From an uncultured Methanosarcinales archaeon (GTDB lineage: Archaea; Nanobdellota; Nanobdellia; Woesearchaeales; GW2011-AR9), in NCBI GenBank assembly GCA_964343575.1, contig CAYFJV010000001.1, positions 534,705 to 598,704 of the forward strand: DNA of 64,000 nt, written 5' to 3'. Below, one piece after another: positions 46,093 through 56,036 of the stretch. Position 1 is the first letter of the stretch. Every line of letters starts with the position of its first letter. The notes below the pieces were generated by a model. The model worked only from the letters and a program-made list of their open reading frames with translations, was not told the DNA's origin and ran no database searches. A program made the position numbers and the translations under genes.

Positions 46093-47303
46093 TCAAAGAT
46101 TATGTCAAGCTTGCTTATTCAAGTGCTAGAAAGCGAAAAATACGTTCTTGGCTCACCATGATTGGTATTTTCATCGGTATCGCTGCAGTGGTTGCCATTC
46201 TCTCTTTATCTCAGGGCCTAGAGGATGCTGTGCTTGCCCAGTTCTCAGGTCTTGGTTCTGATACTCTTTTTGTGCAGGCAGCGGGTTCTGGTTTTGGTCC
46301 TCCTGGAACAGCAACAGCCGAACCACTAACGGAGAAGAATAAGGATGATTTAGCTGATGTAAAAGGTGTTGATCAAACCATGGGTAGGCTCATTCGAACC
46401 GCACAGTTAGAATTTGAAGATGAGGTGAAATTTAATTATCTTCTTTCCATGCCAAAAGAGAGTGATGAGCGCGCCTTTATTGATGATGTCTATGATTATG
46501 AAATTGTTCAAGGAGACATGTTTGATCCCGGGGCTCAACGAGAAGTGGTTATCCCAGAAGGTCTTGCTGAAAACTTTTTTGAAGAAACCATGGAACTTCG
46601 TGATCGCCTCCTGATTCAAGGAGAAGAGTTCAAGATTGTGGGCATTGTAAAAAAGACAGGAGATCCCAGAGTAGATAACAGTTTTGTGATCCCTGAGAAA
46701 ACAATGCGAGAAATTTTAAGCATTGAAGATGAGATTGATTTTATCGCTCTTCGTGTCGAAGCAGGAGAAGAAGTTGCGGCAGTGGGAGAACGTGTGGAAG
46801 AAGAGTTGCGTGATTCTCGTGGCGTTGAAGAAGGGAAAGAAAACTTTGAAGTGCAGGTTCCGCAAGATCTCATTGAGACCCTAAATAGTATTTTAGGAGT
46901 TATTCAAGGGGCATTAGTTGGTATTGCAGGAATTTCTTTATTGGTTGGAGGAATTGGGATTATGAACACCATGTACACCTCCGTTTATGAGAGAACCAAA
47001 GAGATTGCTATTATGAAAGCTATCGGAGCGAAGCCTAGAGAAGTTCTTCTCTTATTTGTTTTAGAATCTGGCATGCTCGGAGCCGTTGGAGGAATCATTG
47101 GTATTGCAATAGGTTTTTCCATTAGTTTTTTAGTGGAATTGATTGCACGACAAGCGTTGGGAGAGAACTTGTTGCAAGCAAACTTTGGTGTAGAAATTTT
47201 TATTGGAGCCTTAGCCTTCTCCTTTCTTGTAGGGGCAATCTCCGGAGCGCTTCCGGCGTATCAAGCATCACGGATGGCAATAGTTGATGGCTTTAGAAGA
47301 TAA
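46089..47303 (+). CDS. MacB/FtsX-family ABC permease
   Basis: RSWLTMIGIFIGIAAVV; SLLVGGIGIMNTMYTSVYERTKEI. Confidence 0.92.
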   Translation: MIKDYVKLAYSSARKRKIRSWLTMIGIFIGIAAVVAILSLSQGLEDAVLAQFSGLGSDTLFVQAAGSGFGPPGTATAEPLTEKNKDDLADVKGVDQTMGRLIRTAQLEFEDEVKFNYLLSMPKESDERAFIDDVYDYEIVQGDMFDPGAQREVVIPEGLAENFFEETMELRDRLLIQGEEFKIVGIVKKTGDPRVDNSFVIPEKTMREILSIEDEIDFIALRVEAGEEVAAVGERVEEELRDSRGVEEGKENFEVQVPQDLIETLNSILGVIQGALVGIAGISLLVGGIGIMNTMYTSVYERTKEIAIMKAIGAKPREVLLLFVLESGMLGAVGGIIGIAIGFSISFLVELIARQALGENLLQANFGVEIFIGALAFSFLVGAISGALPAYQASRMAIVDGFRR

Positions 47304-47361
47304 GGAAAGAGAGGAAAAGATCTGAGAGATAGTGAGAAATGAGTTGGTGGAGTGAAAGAAG

Positions 47362-48579
47362 ATGAAAGAATATGTACGCATTGCTTGGAGAGAAATTCGG
47401 CGGCGTAAGCTTCGTTCTTTTTTGACACTTATTGGAATCATTATTGCTATTGCTGCGATTGTTTCTTTGGTGAGCTTAGGGCAAGGTTTGGAAAATGAGA
47501 TTGAAGATCAACTCAACGCACTTGGAAATGATAAACTCTTCATCAGTCCAAAAGGAAGTGCCCTCACTGCAGGATTGAGCATTGATGCAGTTAAAATTAC
47601 TCAAGATGATCGTGATGTGGTAGCTGATGTCGCAGGAGTTGAGAGAACGGCGGGCTTCATTTTTAGTACTGCCCCGGTCGAATTTAATGATGTTGTTCGT
47701 TACCATTTTATTTACGGAAACCCAAGTGATCCTGAGGAGAGAAAACTGATTGGGGAGAGCCAAAATTATAAAATTGGAGAAGGGCGTTCTTTCGAGAAAG
47801 GAGAAAAGTTCAAAGGAGTACTTGGAATTAATTATAAGGATGAAAACTTGTTTGGGAGAGAAGCAGAACTTGGGGACAAAATTTTCATTAATGGCTATGA
47901 GTTTAAGACCATCGGGATTTGGCAACGTATTGGTAACCCCCCCGATGATAAGTCCATTAGTATACCTCTTGAAACCTTTTGGGAAATTTTTGCTTATGAT
48001 GAAGAAGAGTTTGGTCTTATTGTAGCGCAGGTTGGAGTTGGTGAAGATATAGAAAAAGTTGCTGAAGATATTGAAGAAGAGTTGCGTGACTCTCGCGGAT
48101 TGGAAGAAGGAAAAGAAGACTTTCAAGTTGAGACGCCACTTGAGCTTGTTGCTTCCTTTAACACTATTTTGAACATTGTGCAGATGGTTATCGTAGGTAT
48201 CGCAAGCATCTCTTTGCTTGTTGGGGGGGTGGGAATTATGAACACCATGTACACTTCTGTTTTGCAGCGCACTAAAGAAATTGGGATCATGAAAGCGATT
48301 GGTGCTCGTAACCGTGACATCCTTATTTTGTTTATTGTTGAATCTGGTTTTTATGGGCTTATTGGAGGAATACTTGGAGGCGCGATCGGACTTGCCATTG
48401 CAAAAGGCGTTGAATTGCTTTTGGTTGCTTCAGGCACAGCGTTGATTTCTGTTCGTATAAGTTGGGGCTTGATTGTCTTTACCTTATTGTTTTCTTTTAT
48501 TGTAGGTATGCTCTCGGGCATTGCTCCTGCACGAAAAGCAGCAAGTTTAAATCCAGTGGAGAGTTTACGATATGAGTGA
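47362..48579 (+). CDS. MacB/FtsX-family ABC permease (paralog)
   Basis: RSFLTLIGI; VGGVGIMNTMYTSVLQRTKEIG; PA.KAA.LNPVESLRYE. Confidence 0.92.
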   Translation: MKEYVRIAWREIRRRKLRSFLTLIGIIIAIAAIVSLVSLGQGLENEIEDQLNALGNDKLFISPKGSALTAGLSIDAVKITQDDRDVVADVAGVERTAGFIFSTAPVEFNDVVRYHFIYGNPSDPEERKLIGESQNYKIGEGRSFEKGEKFKGVLGINYKDENLFGREAELGDKIFINGYEFKTIGIWQRIGNPPDDKSISIPLETFWEIFAYDEEEFGLIVAQVGVGEDIEKVAEDIEEELRDSRGLEEGKEDFQVETPLELVASFNTILNIVQMVIVGIASISLLVGGVGIMNTMYTSVLQRTKEIGIMKAIGARNRDILILFIVESGFYGLIGGILGGAIGLAIAKGVELLLVASGTALISVRISWGLIVFTLLFSFIVGMLSGIAPARKAASLNPVESLRYE

Positions 48580-48602
48580 AACGGACGAGTAAAAATTAGA
48601 AA

Positions 48603-49292
48603 ATGACTAAGAAGAAAACAGTTATCGAACTTCGAGAAGTATGGAAAACTTATTTTCTTGGTGAGAACCGCCTTGATGTACTCAAAGGAATCAATCTTGA
48701 AATCAAAAAAGGAGAATTTATTGCTATCATTGGTCCTTCTGGATCTGGTAAAAGCACTATGATGAATCAGGTTGGCGTTCTTGATACCCCTAGCAAAGGA
48801 ACTGTCTTTTTAGATGGAAAAGATATTAGTAAATATAGTGAGTCAGATCTAGCACAAATTCGAGGACGCAAGATTGGTTTTATTTTCCAACAATTTAATC
48901 TGATTCCCACACTCACCGCACTTGAAAACGTAGTTCTTCCTACCATTTTTCAAAACATGGCCGAAGATAAACGTTTGAAGCGAGGAAAACACCTACTTGG
49001 CCTCGTTGAGTTAGCAGATAGGATAGATCACCTCCCAAAAGAACTTAGTGGGGGGCAACAACAACGAGTAGCTATTGCTCGCGCTTTAGTTAATGATCCT
49101 GACATCATCCTTGCTGATGAGCCAACAGGAAATTTGGACTCTCGTTCTGGTAAGCAAATTATGGATATGATTCGTCGCTTGCATAAAAAGGAAGGAAAAA
49201 CAATCATTTTGATTACTCACGATACAAGTTTGATTAAATTTGCAGATAGAGTTGTGCACCTCAAAGATGGAGAGGTTCAAAAAATCTCCTGA
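48603..49292 (+). CDS. LolD/MacB-type ABC ATP-binding protein
   Basis: [33 protein letters not shown] and ADEPTGNLD motifs. Confidence 0.95.
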   Translation: MTKKKTVIELREVWKTYFLGENRLDVLKGINLEIKKGEFIAIIGPSGSGKSTMMNQVGVLDTPSKGTVFLDGKDISKYSESDLAQIRGRKIGFIFQQFNLIPTLTALENVVLPTIFQNMAEDKRLKRGKHLLGLVELADRIDHLPKELSGGQQQRVAIARALVNDPDIILADEPTGNLDSRSGKQIMDMIRRLHKKEGKTIILITHDTSLIKFADRVVHLKDGEVQKIS

Positions 49293-49415
49293 GCCGCCAA
49301 GTGTTAGTTAGATTACAAAAAGTTCTCTTTTTCCTCCTATAGTGGTCAATTTATCTATTTTAGGAGCTAAATTTTTATAAACGATTTTTTGAGGATAAAG
49401 CCCAGGGAGGGTGTA

Positions 49416-51218
49416 ATGATGGAACAAAAGAAAATTGATCAAATTGATGAATCTTTCTTTGGTGAAGCAATTCTTGATGAAGAAGTCGTGATGGGCAAAA
49501 AGAAGGTTGCTAAGCTTAAGAAAGTATCCGAAGAAAGAACTGACAAGGAAGTTGAGAAAAAAGTAAGCAAAAGAAAAATCAGCACTTCTAAGGCAGCATC
49601 TAAACGTAAAAGCACAAAAGCTAGTACAAGTTTGAAAAAAGCGGAGAAGAATACTGGACCTGAAGTCTCCAGCAAAGAGACTGTCAAAATAGAGCCAGTG
49701 GTCGTTTCTGGAAAAAAAGAAGATTCTATTCGTATTGAGCCAGCTACCAAAACAGGTACAAGCGCCGGTAGCATGAAGCAGGCAGAACCAGCAAAGAAAG
49801 AAAAAAGTCTTTCTCTAAAATCTGAAGGGGAGAAAAGCCAGAGTAAGTCTCACTCAAGCACCCAGGATTCAGATGGAGATGAGGAAGAAGGACTCTTTAG
49901 CAGCACTGGGGTTTGGAAACTTATCGCGGGAGTTGCAGTAGTATTACTTCTTTTCTCTTTGTTTAGTGGAGGCGGTTTCTCTGGAAGTGGAGAAGCGGGA
50001 GAGATTAGTCTTCGTGAAGCTGAGGAGCTAGGAATTGCTTTTGTAAACAGTGAATTACTTGTTGCTCCATTCTCAGCAGAGCTTGTTGATTCTAAAAGAG
50101 AAGGTGATTTGTACCGTTTAACCTTCTCCTTTGCTGATGAAGAAATTGACTCTTACATGACCAAAGATGGAGAATTTTTCTTTCCCCAAGGTTTTGAGTT
50201 AGAAGAGGGCCTTCTTGCTGGTGGAGAAGATGAAACAGTAGGGACTGACGAGGAAGTTTTTGATGTTGGTGATCCAAACGCAGTCTCCATTGATGATGAT
50301 CCTATGTTAGGAAACATCGATGCTCCAATTACCATTGTAGAGTTTAGTGACTTTCAGTGTTCTTTTTGTAAAAGTGCTACAAGTACAGTGAAAGAAATCG
50401 AGGACAAATATGTTGCTAGTGGCGATGTAAAAATAGTGTATAGAGACTTTCCATTAGAGAATATTCATCCTCAGGCAAAACCAGCAGCAATGGCTGCAGA
50501 ATGTGCTCACGAGCAAGGAGAGAGTTTCTTCTGGGAATATCATGACTTACTCTTTGAGCAGCAATCTGAATTGAGTGCAGAGAATTATCTTCTCTGGGCA
50601 GAAGAAATTGGACTTGATTCTGGGGCTTTTGTTGAATGTGTAGAAGATGAGCGTTACGCACAAGAAGTTGAGGCAGACTTTGCTGCCGGTCAAGCGCTTG
50701 GTGTGAGTGGCACTCCCGCATTCTTCATTAATGGAAAAATGTTTGAAGGGGCGCAACCCTACAGTGTTTTTGAAGCCGAGATTGAAGGTATTCTTGCTGC
50801 GCTTGCTGCTGAGGAACAGGCAGAACTAGATCCAGTTGAGGATGATTCAGATTCACTCACTGAAGCGGATGATGAAGTTATGGGAATTGGCGATGAAAGC
50901 ATAGAAGAAATAGTGACTGAGGAAGAGGAAGTTATCGAGGAGATCTCGGCTGCTCCTTCTGTTTCTTTAGAAATGGAAGCAAAACGTTGGCTCTTCAGTC
51001 CAAGAGTGCTTAGCGTAGAACAAGGGAGTGAAGTTATGCTTACCATTGTTCCTGAAGACCTTGACTTTACTTTTGCTATTCCAGGACTCGGAATTGAAGA
51101 AGAAGTTAGCGGTGAAACTGTTGTGCATTTTATTGCAGATAGCGCAGGAGAGTTTGCTTTTACTTGCTCTTCATGCGAAGAGTGGCGAGGTATGAGTGGA
51201 ACTCTTGTTGTGAGTTGA
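49416..51218 (+). CDS. Membrane-anchored DsbA-family oxidoreductase fused to a C-terminal cupredoxin-like domain
   Basis: EFSDFQCSFC, RDFPL..IH, GVSGTP.FFING and GAQP motifs; C-terminal FSP..L.V..G..V...GEF.F.CSSC...M.G.L.V. Confidence 0.85.
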   Translation: MMEQKKIDQIDESFFGEAILDEEVVMGKKKVAKLKKVSEERTDKEVEKKVSKRKISTSKAASKRKSTKASTSLKKAEKNTGPEVSSKETVKIEPVVVSGKKEDSIRIEPATKTGTSAGSMKQAEPAKKEKSLSLKSEGEKSQSKSHSSTQDSDGDEEEGLFSSTGVWKLIAGVAVVLLLFSLFSGGGFSGSGEAGEISLREAEELGIAFVNSELLVAPFSAELVDSKREGDLYRLTFSFADEEIDSYMTKDGEFFFPQGFELEEGLLAGGEDETVGTDEEVFDVGDPNAVSIDDDPMLGNIDAPITIVEFSDFQCSFCKSATSTVKEIEDKYVASGDVKIVYRDFPLENIHPQAKPAAMAAECAHEQGESFFWEYHDLLFEQQSELSAENYLLWAEEIGLDSGAFVECVEDERYAQEVEADFAAGQALGVSGTPAFFINGKMFEGAQPYSVFEAEIEGILAALAAEEQAELDPVEDDSDSLTEADDEVMGIGDESIEEIVTEEEEVIEEISAAPSVSLEMEAKRWLFSPRVLSVEQGSEVMLTIVPEDLDFTFAIPGLGIEEEVSGETVVHFIADSAGEFAFTCSSCEEWRGMSGTLVVS

Positions 51219-51422
51219 TGTGAGGTAAGGTTTTGCTCTTCTAAACTTTCTTTTTTTTCTTTTCTCATTATTTTTTGTGCACTTCTTGTTATTTTGAATA
51301 ATAAATTCTCTTTGAACCGATTAAACAAAAGTTAAATAGGACGAGCTTATCCTCTTAAGTAAATTGCCCGGTGCTGTTTGTTAGCTGAGTCTTGGACAGA
51401 GAGGCATTGGAGGAGAATTAAG

Positions 51423-52634
51423 ATGGAATTTAGTCAAGTAAGATCGTTTGTTGGTAAGGTTGGAAAGATTGCAGGACTTAGCAAAAAGGAATTGGAAGTG
51501 CTTGAGAGACCAGAAAAAGTACACAAGGCAAAACTGAAGGTTTCTGGAAAGAGTTATCCTGCATATCGGGTGCAGTTTAATATGGCTCGCGGACCAGGGA
51601 AGGGAGGTATTCGCTATCATCCAGAAGTCAGTGAAGGTGAAGTAAAGGCACTTGCTTTTTGGATGGCACTCAAGTGTGCAACTGTGGACATCCCCCTTGG
51701 GGGAGCAAAAGGTGGAATTACTGTTGATCCAAAAAAATTGAGCGAAGCAGAGCTGCAAGAACTAAGTAGAGCCTATGTGCGCGCCTTCCATAAAGTTCTT
51801 GGGCCAGACAAAGATATTCCTGCTCCTGATGTTTACACGAACTCACAGATCATGGCTTGGATGCTCGATGAATTTGAAAAAATAAAAGGAGTACACGCCC
51901 CGGGAATGATCACAGGAAAACCGCTTGAGCTTGGAGGATCACAGGTGCGCAGTATTGCAACTGCACTTGGAGGACTTTATGTGCTTGAAGAAGCTTTGAA
52001 AAAGTTGAAGATCAAGAAGAAGACGGTCATTATTCAAGGATTTGGTAACGCAGGAATGATTGCTGCGCAGCTGCTTGATGAACTGGGCTTTAAGGTACTT
52101 GGTGTCTCTGATTCTCGTGGAGCAATCTACAATAAGAAAGGTTTGGATGTTTCTAAAGTTATTGCCGTAAAGAAAAAAACTCGAAGCGTACAAAAGTATA
52201 GTTCTGCGGTTTCTATGAGCAATGATGAATTGCTTGAGCAAGAAGCAGCCATCCTCATCCCTGCAGCCTTAGAGAACAGTATTCATAAGAAAAATGCTGC
52301 TAAGGTAAGAGCAAAGGTTGTGCTTGAGCTTGCTAATGGGCCGACAACTCCAGAAGCAGATGAAATTTTGCATCGTAGAGGAGTAGTTGTTATCCCTGAT
52401 ATTCTTGCTAATGCAGGGGGAGTTACGGTAAGTTATTTCGAGTGGGTGCAGAACAATACTGGTTATTATTGGGAAGCAAAGGAGGTGAAGCAGAAGTTAA
52501 AGAAAAAAATGCTTGCTGCCTTTACCAGCATTTGGAAAAAGTATAAGGGAAATGATTATGACTTTAGAACTAACACTTATCTGATTGCAATTGATCGTGT
52601 CTTGGCTGCCGAGAAGTTGCGAGGGAGAGTTTGA
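51423..52634 (+). CDS. gdhA: Glutamate dehydrogenase (Glu/Leu/Phe/Val DH family)
   Basis: GPGKGGIRYHP, GGAKGG, DIPAPDV, TGKP, QGFGNAG, ANGPT and NAGGVTVSYFEW motifs. Confidence 0.93.
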   Translation: MEFSQVRSFVGKVGKIAGLSKKELEVLERPEKVHKAKLKVSGKSYPAYRVQFNMARGPGKGGIRYHPEVSEGEVKALAFWMALKCATVDIPLGGAKGGITVDPKKLSEAELQELSRAYVRAFHKVLGPDKDIPAPDVYTNSQIMAWMLDEFEKIKGVHAPGMITGKPLELGGSQVRSIATALGGLYVLEEALKKLKIKKKTVIIQGFGNAGMIAAQLLDELGFKVLGVSDSRGAIYNKKGLDVSKVIAVKKKTRSVQKYSSAVSMSNDELLEQEAAILIPAALENSIHKKNAAKVRAKVVLELANGPTTPEADEILHRRGVVVIPDILANAGGVTVSYFEWVQNNTGYYWEAKEVKQKLKKKMLAAFTSIWKKYKGNDYDFRTNTYLIAIDRVLAAEKLRGRV

Positions 52635-52689
52635 TCTCTTCTTTTCTTGTTTACTTTTTCATTTATCCCTTTTCTCACTTGTTCTTTTC

Positions 52690-53838
52690 TTACAAAGAAA
52701 CTCCACAAGTATCATAGAGAGACTCTATTTCTAGAGCAGACAGTTCTCCGCCAGAGATGATGGCAGAAGCATATCTTTGGTTGCCAACATACTCCTTGGG
52801 GTTTTTTCCTTCACAAGCATCCTCTAACCAATCCCCAGCAGTATCAAAATTTTCTGGACAAGGCATTGGGTTATACCACTCCAAAGCTTTTCTATCATCA
52901 AGATAAAGGGTGTTGTGTCTGATAATGTTAATGAGCCCTAGGTACTCTAAAGCACTTATAGTGGTTTCTTCAATAGTGTCAGGATTTAACTCATAGCGAT
53001 CCCAGTGCTTCTCTGCTTTCCTTACTTTGTGAGGGTTTACTTCTTCTTCCCAAAAATTGTCAACTAAATTGAGAAGGTGTTGGTTTGCTTCGGTTTGCTC
53101 TGTTCTTAACTCTCCTTTTCTTTCCTTTGTTGTTCCCTCTTGATTGTATTCAGCAATACGCTCTTGAGTCTCTTCATAGAATTTCTTGACACCAAAAATC
53201 TCTCCAGATTTGAGTTTTATTTTTGGGAGTAGAACATCCAAGTCTAGGTAAACTGCATGTTCTTGAGTTTCATAAGCTGCAAGGGTTCGAGCATGGTTTC
53301 TAAAATAGCGCATTTCTTCTAGGGGTCCCGTATGTAGGGTTGTGACTCTTCTTGCTGTCCTTCGATCACTCTCAAACTCTCCGGGAAACTTTACAGCAGT
53401 AAGAATATTCTCTAAAGCAGTAACGGGAATCACTTGAAAGGTTCCACAAGCGCCAACCAATGAGCAGACGTGGCTGTTGTATCTTGATTCTTTATCTATC
53501 TGAGCAGCAAGTACAAAAGGATCTAGCAAAGTTCTTGGCTTTCCTTCTTCATCAAAATTTACCGCTTCATGGTATCTTCTAATATCTTCTTCATGAGCTG
53601 CAATTCTTTGATGTGCGGAGCTTCTTAGTATTGGAGATTCATCAAGGCAATCTTGAAGTGTTCTTTTCTTAACAGCAAATCTATCAAATTCTCCCCCTGC
53701 ACCATCTGCCCCCCAAAAAGTAGTTTGCAGCACTCTCTCTATAGCTGTATCTTTTATCACCGAAGGACAGGTTGATACCGTAGCTAATGCGCCCACAAGG
53801 GTTCCAATTAAGACGTATCGGAGAGAGGTTGCTTCCAT
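52690..53838 (-). CDS. Exported protein with lytic transglycosylase (SLT, GH23-like) motifs
   Basis: N-terminal hydrophobic signal; LDPFVLAAQIDKESRYN...S.VGACGTFQVIPVTA (motifs I/II); distal ALEWYN and NQRYASAI (motifs III/IV-like). Confidence 0.72.
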   Translation of the reverse strand: MEATSLRYVLIGTLVGALATVSTCPSVIKDTAIERVLQTTFWGADGAGGEFDRFAVKKRTLQDCLDESPILRSSAHQRIAAHEEDIRRYHEAVNFDEEGKPRTLLDPFVLAAQIDKESRYNSHVCSLVGACGTFQVIPVTALENILTAVKFPGEFESDRRTARRVTTLHTGPLEEMRYFRNHARTLAAYETQEHAVYLDLDVLLPKIKLKSGEIFGVKKFYEETQERIAEYNQEGTTKERKGELRTEQTEANQHLLNLVDNFWEEEVNPHKVRKAEKHWDRYELNPDTIEETTISALEYLGLINIIRHNTLYLDDRKALEWYNPMPCPENFDTAGDWLEDACEGKNPKEYVGNQRYASAIISGGELSALEIESLYDTCGVSL

Positions 53839-53858
53839 GTTGTCTCTTTCAAGTGGTG

Positions 53859-53873
53859 ATTTATAAAGCTTTT
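53859..53873 (-). promoter_or_regulatory. Archaeal BRE/TATA promoter of the SLT-like gene
   Basis: AAAAGCTTTATAAAT on the minus strand, about 21-35 nt upstream of the ATG at 53838. Confidence 0.6.
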
Positions 53874-53936
53874 GTCACTTTTTTGAGAGTTTTTCTCGAG
53901 CAAAAGCTTATATAGGTAATATCGTTGGAAAGTGCC

Positions 53937-55301
53937 ATGTTACGAAGTCATACATGTGGTGAATTATCTAAGGAAAATGCTGGTGAAGAGGTTACTCTTG
54001 CTGGTTGGGTTGATGCAGTGCGAATCGGTGGAAAAATTGGTTTCTTAGATCTTCGTGACAGGTATGGAAAAACCCAAGTATTTCTCAACGCTGAACTGGC
54101 AAAGGAATTTAGAAATTTACATCGTGAAGATGTGCTTCAAATTAAAGGAACAGTCAAAGCGAGGCCAGAGCACCAGGTAAAGGAAAAGGGGACCGGAGAG
54201 ATTGAACTCACAGCAAGCAGTATTGTCGTTCTCAAAGAGGTGCCTTCACTTCCAATCGAAATTGATGAGTCGATTTCGACAAGTGAAGAAAATCGTCTTG
54301 CTTATCGTTACATTGATCTGCGAAAAGGACGTATGCAAAAAAATCTAATGCTTCGCCACAAAGTTGTCAAAGCTATTCGTGACTTTTTAGATAAAGAATT
54401 GTTCTTGGAAATCGAAACTCCGATCTTAAGTAAATCTACTCCCGAAGGAGCTCGTGATTATTTGGTCCCTGCACGGAACTTTGCAGGAAAGGTGTTTGCT
54501 CTTCCACAATCTCCACAGATCTACAAACAGCTTCTTATGATTTCTGGGCTTGATAAATACTTTCAGATTGCTCGTTGTTTTAGAGATGAAGACCTTCGAG
54601 CAGACCGTCAACCAGAATTTACGCAATTAGACATGGAGCTTTCCTTCATTGAAGAAGGAGATATCTATGCACTTGTTGAAAGATTGGTGCAGTACGTGTG
54701 GAAAGAAGTACTTGACATCGATATTAAAATTCCTTTTAAACGAATTACTTACGCTGAATGTATGGAGAAGTATGATTCAGACAAACCTGATCTTCGTGGA
54801 GAAACTGGTGAAGAATTTAGCTTCTTATGGGTGGTTGAGTTTCCTATGTTTGAGTTTAGTGAGGAAGAGAACAGGTTCTTGAGTATGCATCATCCTTTTA
54901 CTTCTCCTCGAAAAGAAGATATGGAGTTTTTGCACACCGATAAGGCAAAGGTGCGCTCTGTAGCTTATGACCTGGTACTCAATGGTTTTGAAATAGGTGG
55001 CGGATCAATTCGGATCTCTGATGAAGAGACCCAAAAAGAAGTCTTCAAAGCGCTTGGTATTGGTGAGAAAGAAGCACAAGAGAAGTTTGGTTTTTTGCTT
55101 GAAGCCCTTCGCTTTGCGCCACCACATGGAGGGCTTGCTTTTGGACTTGATCGTTGGGTCATGCTTATGGCAAAGGAGGAATCTATTCGTGAAGTAATTG
55201 CATTTCCTAAGAATAAAGAAGCAAAAGATTTGATGATGAACTCTCCTAGTGATGTTGATGATAAACAGCTCGCCGAAGTGCATATGCAAAAGAAGAAATG
55301 A
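53937..55301 (+). CDS. aspS: Aspartyl-tRNA synthetase, bacterial type, lacking the GAD insertion
   Basis: MLRSHTCGEL, STPEGARDYLVP, LPQSPQ, CFRDEDLRADRQPEFTQLD, HHPFT, PPHGG.A.GLDR and IAFPK motifs. Confidence 0.95.
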   Translation: MLRSHTCGELSKENAGEEVTLAGWVDAVRIGGKIGFLDLRDRYGKTQVFLNAELAKEFRNLHREDVLQIKGTVKARPEHQVKEKGTGEIELTASSIVVLKEVPSLPIEIDESISTSEENRLAYRYIDLRKGRMQKNLMLRHKVVKAIRDFLDKELFLEIETPILSKSTPEGARDYLVPARNFAGKVFALPQSPQIYKQLLMISGLDKYFQIARCFRDEDLRADRQPEFTQLDMELSFIEEGDIYALVERLVQYVWKEVLDIDIKIPFKRITYAECMEKYDSDKPDLRGETGEEFSFLWVVEFPMFEFSEEENRFLSMHHPFTSPRKEDMEFLHTDKAKVRSVAYDLVLNGFEIGGGSIRISDEETQKEVFKALGIGEKEAQEKFGFLLEALRFAPPHGGLAFGLDRWVMLMAKEESIREVIAFPKNKEAKDLMMNSPSDVDDKQLAEVHMQKKK

Positions 55302-55374
55302 TTATTAAGGAGAGTTCGTTTTAGTCTTTATTATTTTTAGTTTATTTTGGTTATTTTAAGAGGGGTGGGTATTA

Positions 55375-55908
55375 ATGGCAAAACAGGTATTGATGATCGT
55401 CGCTAATGAGGGCTATCAAGATTTCGAATACGAACGTCCAAAAGGAATTCTAGAAGCAGCGGGTTTTGAAGTGGTGACTGCCGCTAAGGAAGATGGAGAA
55501 GCAACCGGAAAGCTGGGAGGTACTTGCTCGGTTGACATCATCTTTGAAGATGTTGATGTTTTTGAATATGAAGCAGTTCTCTTTGTTGGTGGTCCGGGGG
55601 CAGTTGAGTACATTGAAGATGTACAAGCCCATATGATTGCAAGAGACGCTGATGCAGAAGGAAAGGTGCTGGGAGCTATTTGCATTGCACCACTTATCTT
55701 AGCTCATGCAGAAGTTCTCAAAGATAAGGATGCTACTGTCTGGGACGATGATGGTGAAAATGGTCAGCGCCTAGATAAGTTAGGGGCACACTTTGTTGAT
55801 GAAGATGTGGTTGTTGATGGAAACTTGGTTACCGCCAATGGACCAGATGCTGCCGAAGAGTTTGGCGCTAAGATTGTTGAACTTTTGCAAGGAGAAAGTA
55901 AGGAGTAG
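55375..55908 (+). CDS. DJ-1/PfpI family protein
   Basis: QDFE, FVGGPG, AICIAP and VTANGP motifs. Confidence 0.92.
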   Translation: MAKQVLMIVANEGYQDFEYERPKGILEAAGFEVVTAAKEDGEATGKLGGTCSVDIIFEDVDVFEYEAVLFVGGPGAVEYIEDVQAHMIARDADAEGKVLGAICIAPLILAHAEVLKDKDATVWDDDGENGQRLDKLGAHFVDEDVVVDGNLVTANGPDAAEEFGAKIVELLQGESKE

Positions 55909-56036
55909 AATCTGAAGGTCTTACTTCTTTCATTTTATTTTTATCGGGCGTTACATCAATTGTTAAAAGAAAAATTGACTCTACAAGGAAGATTCTTTAA
56001 GGAAAAGGATCTGAAGGGAGTTGGGAGGGTTCTCAA

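Noticed and set aside
46921..48300. Near-identical segments (e.g. ATTATGAACACCATGTACAC) suggesting a repeat
   Set aside because: Conserved coding motif of two paralogous permeases
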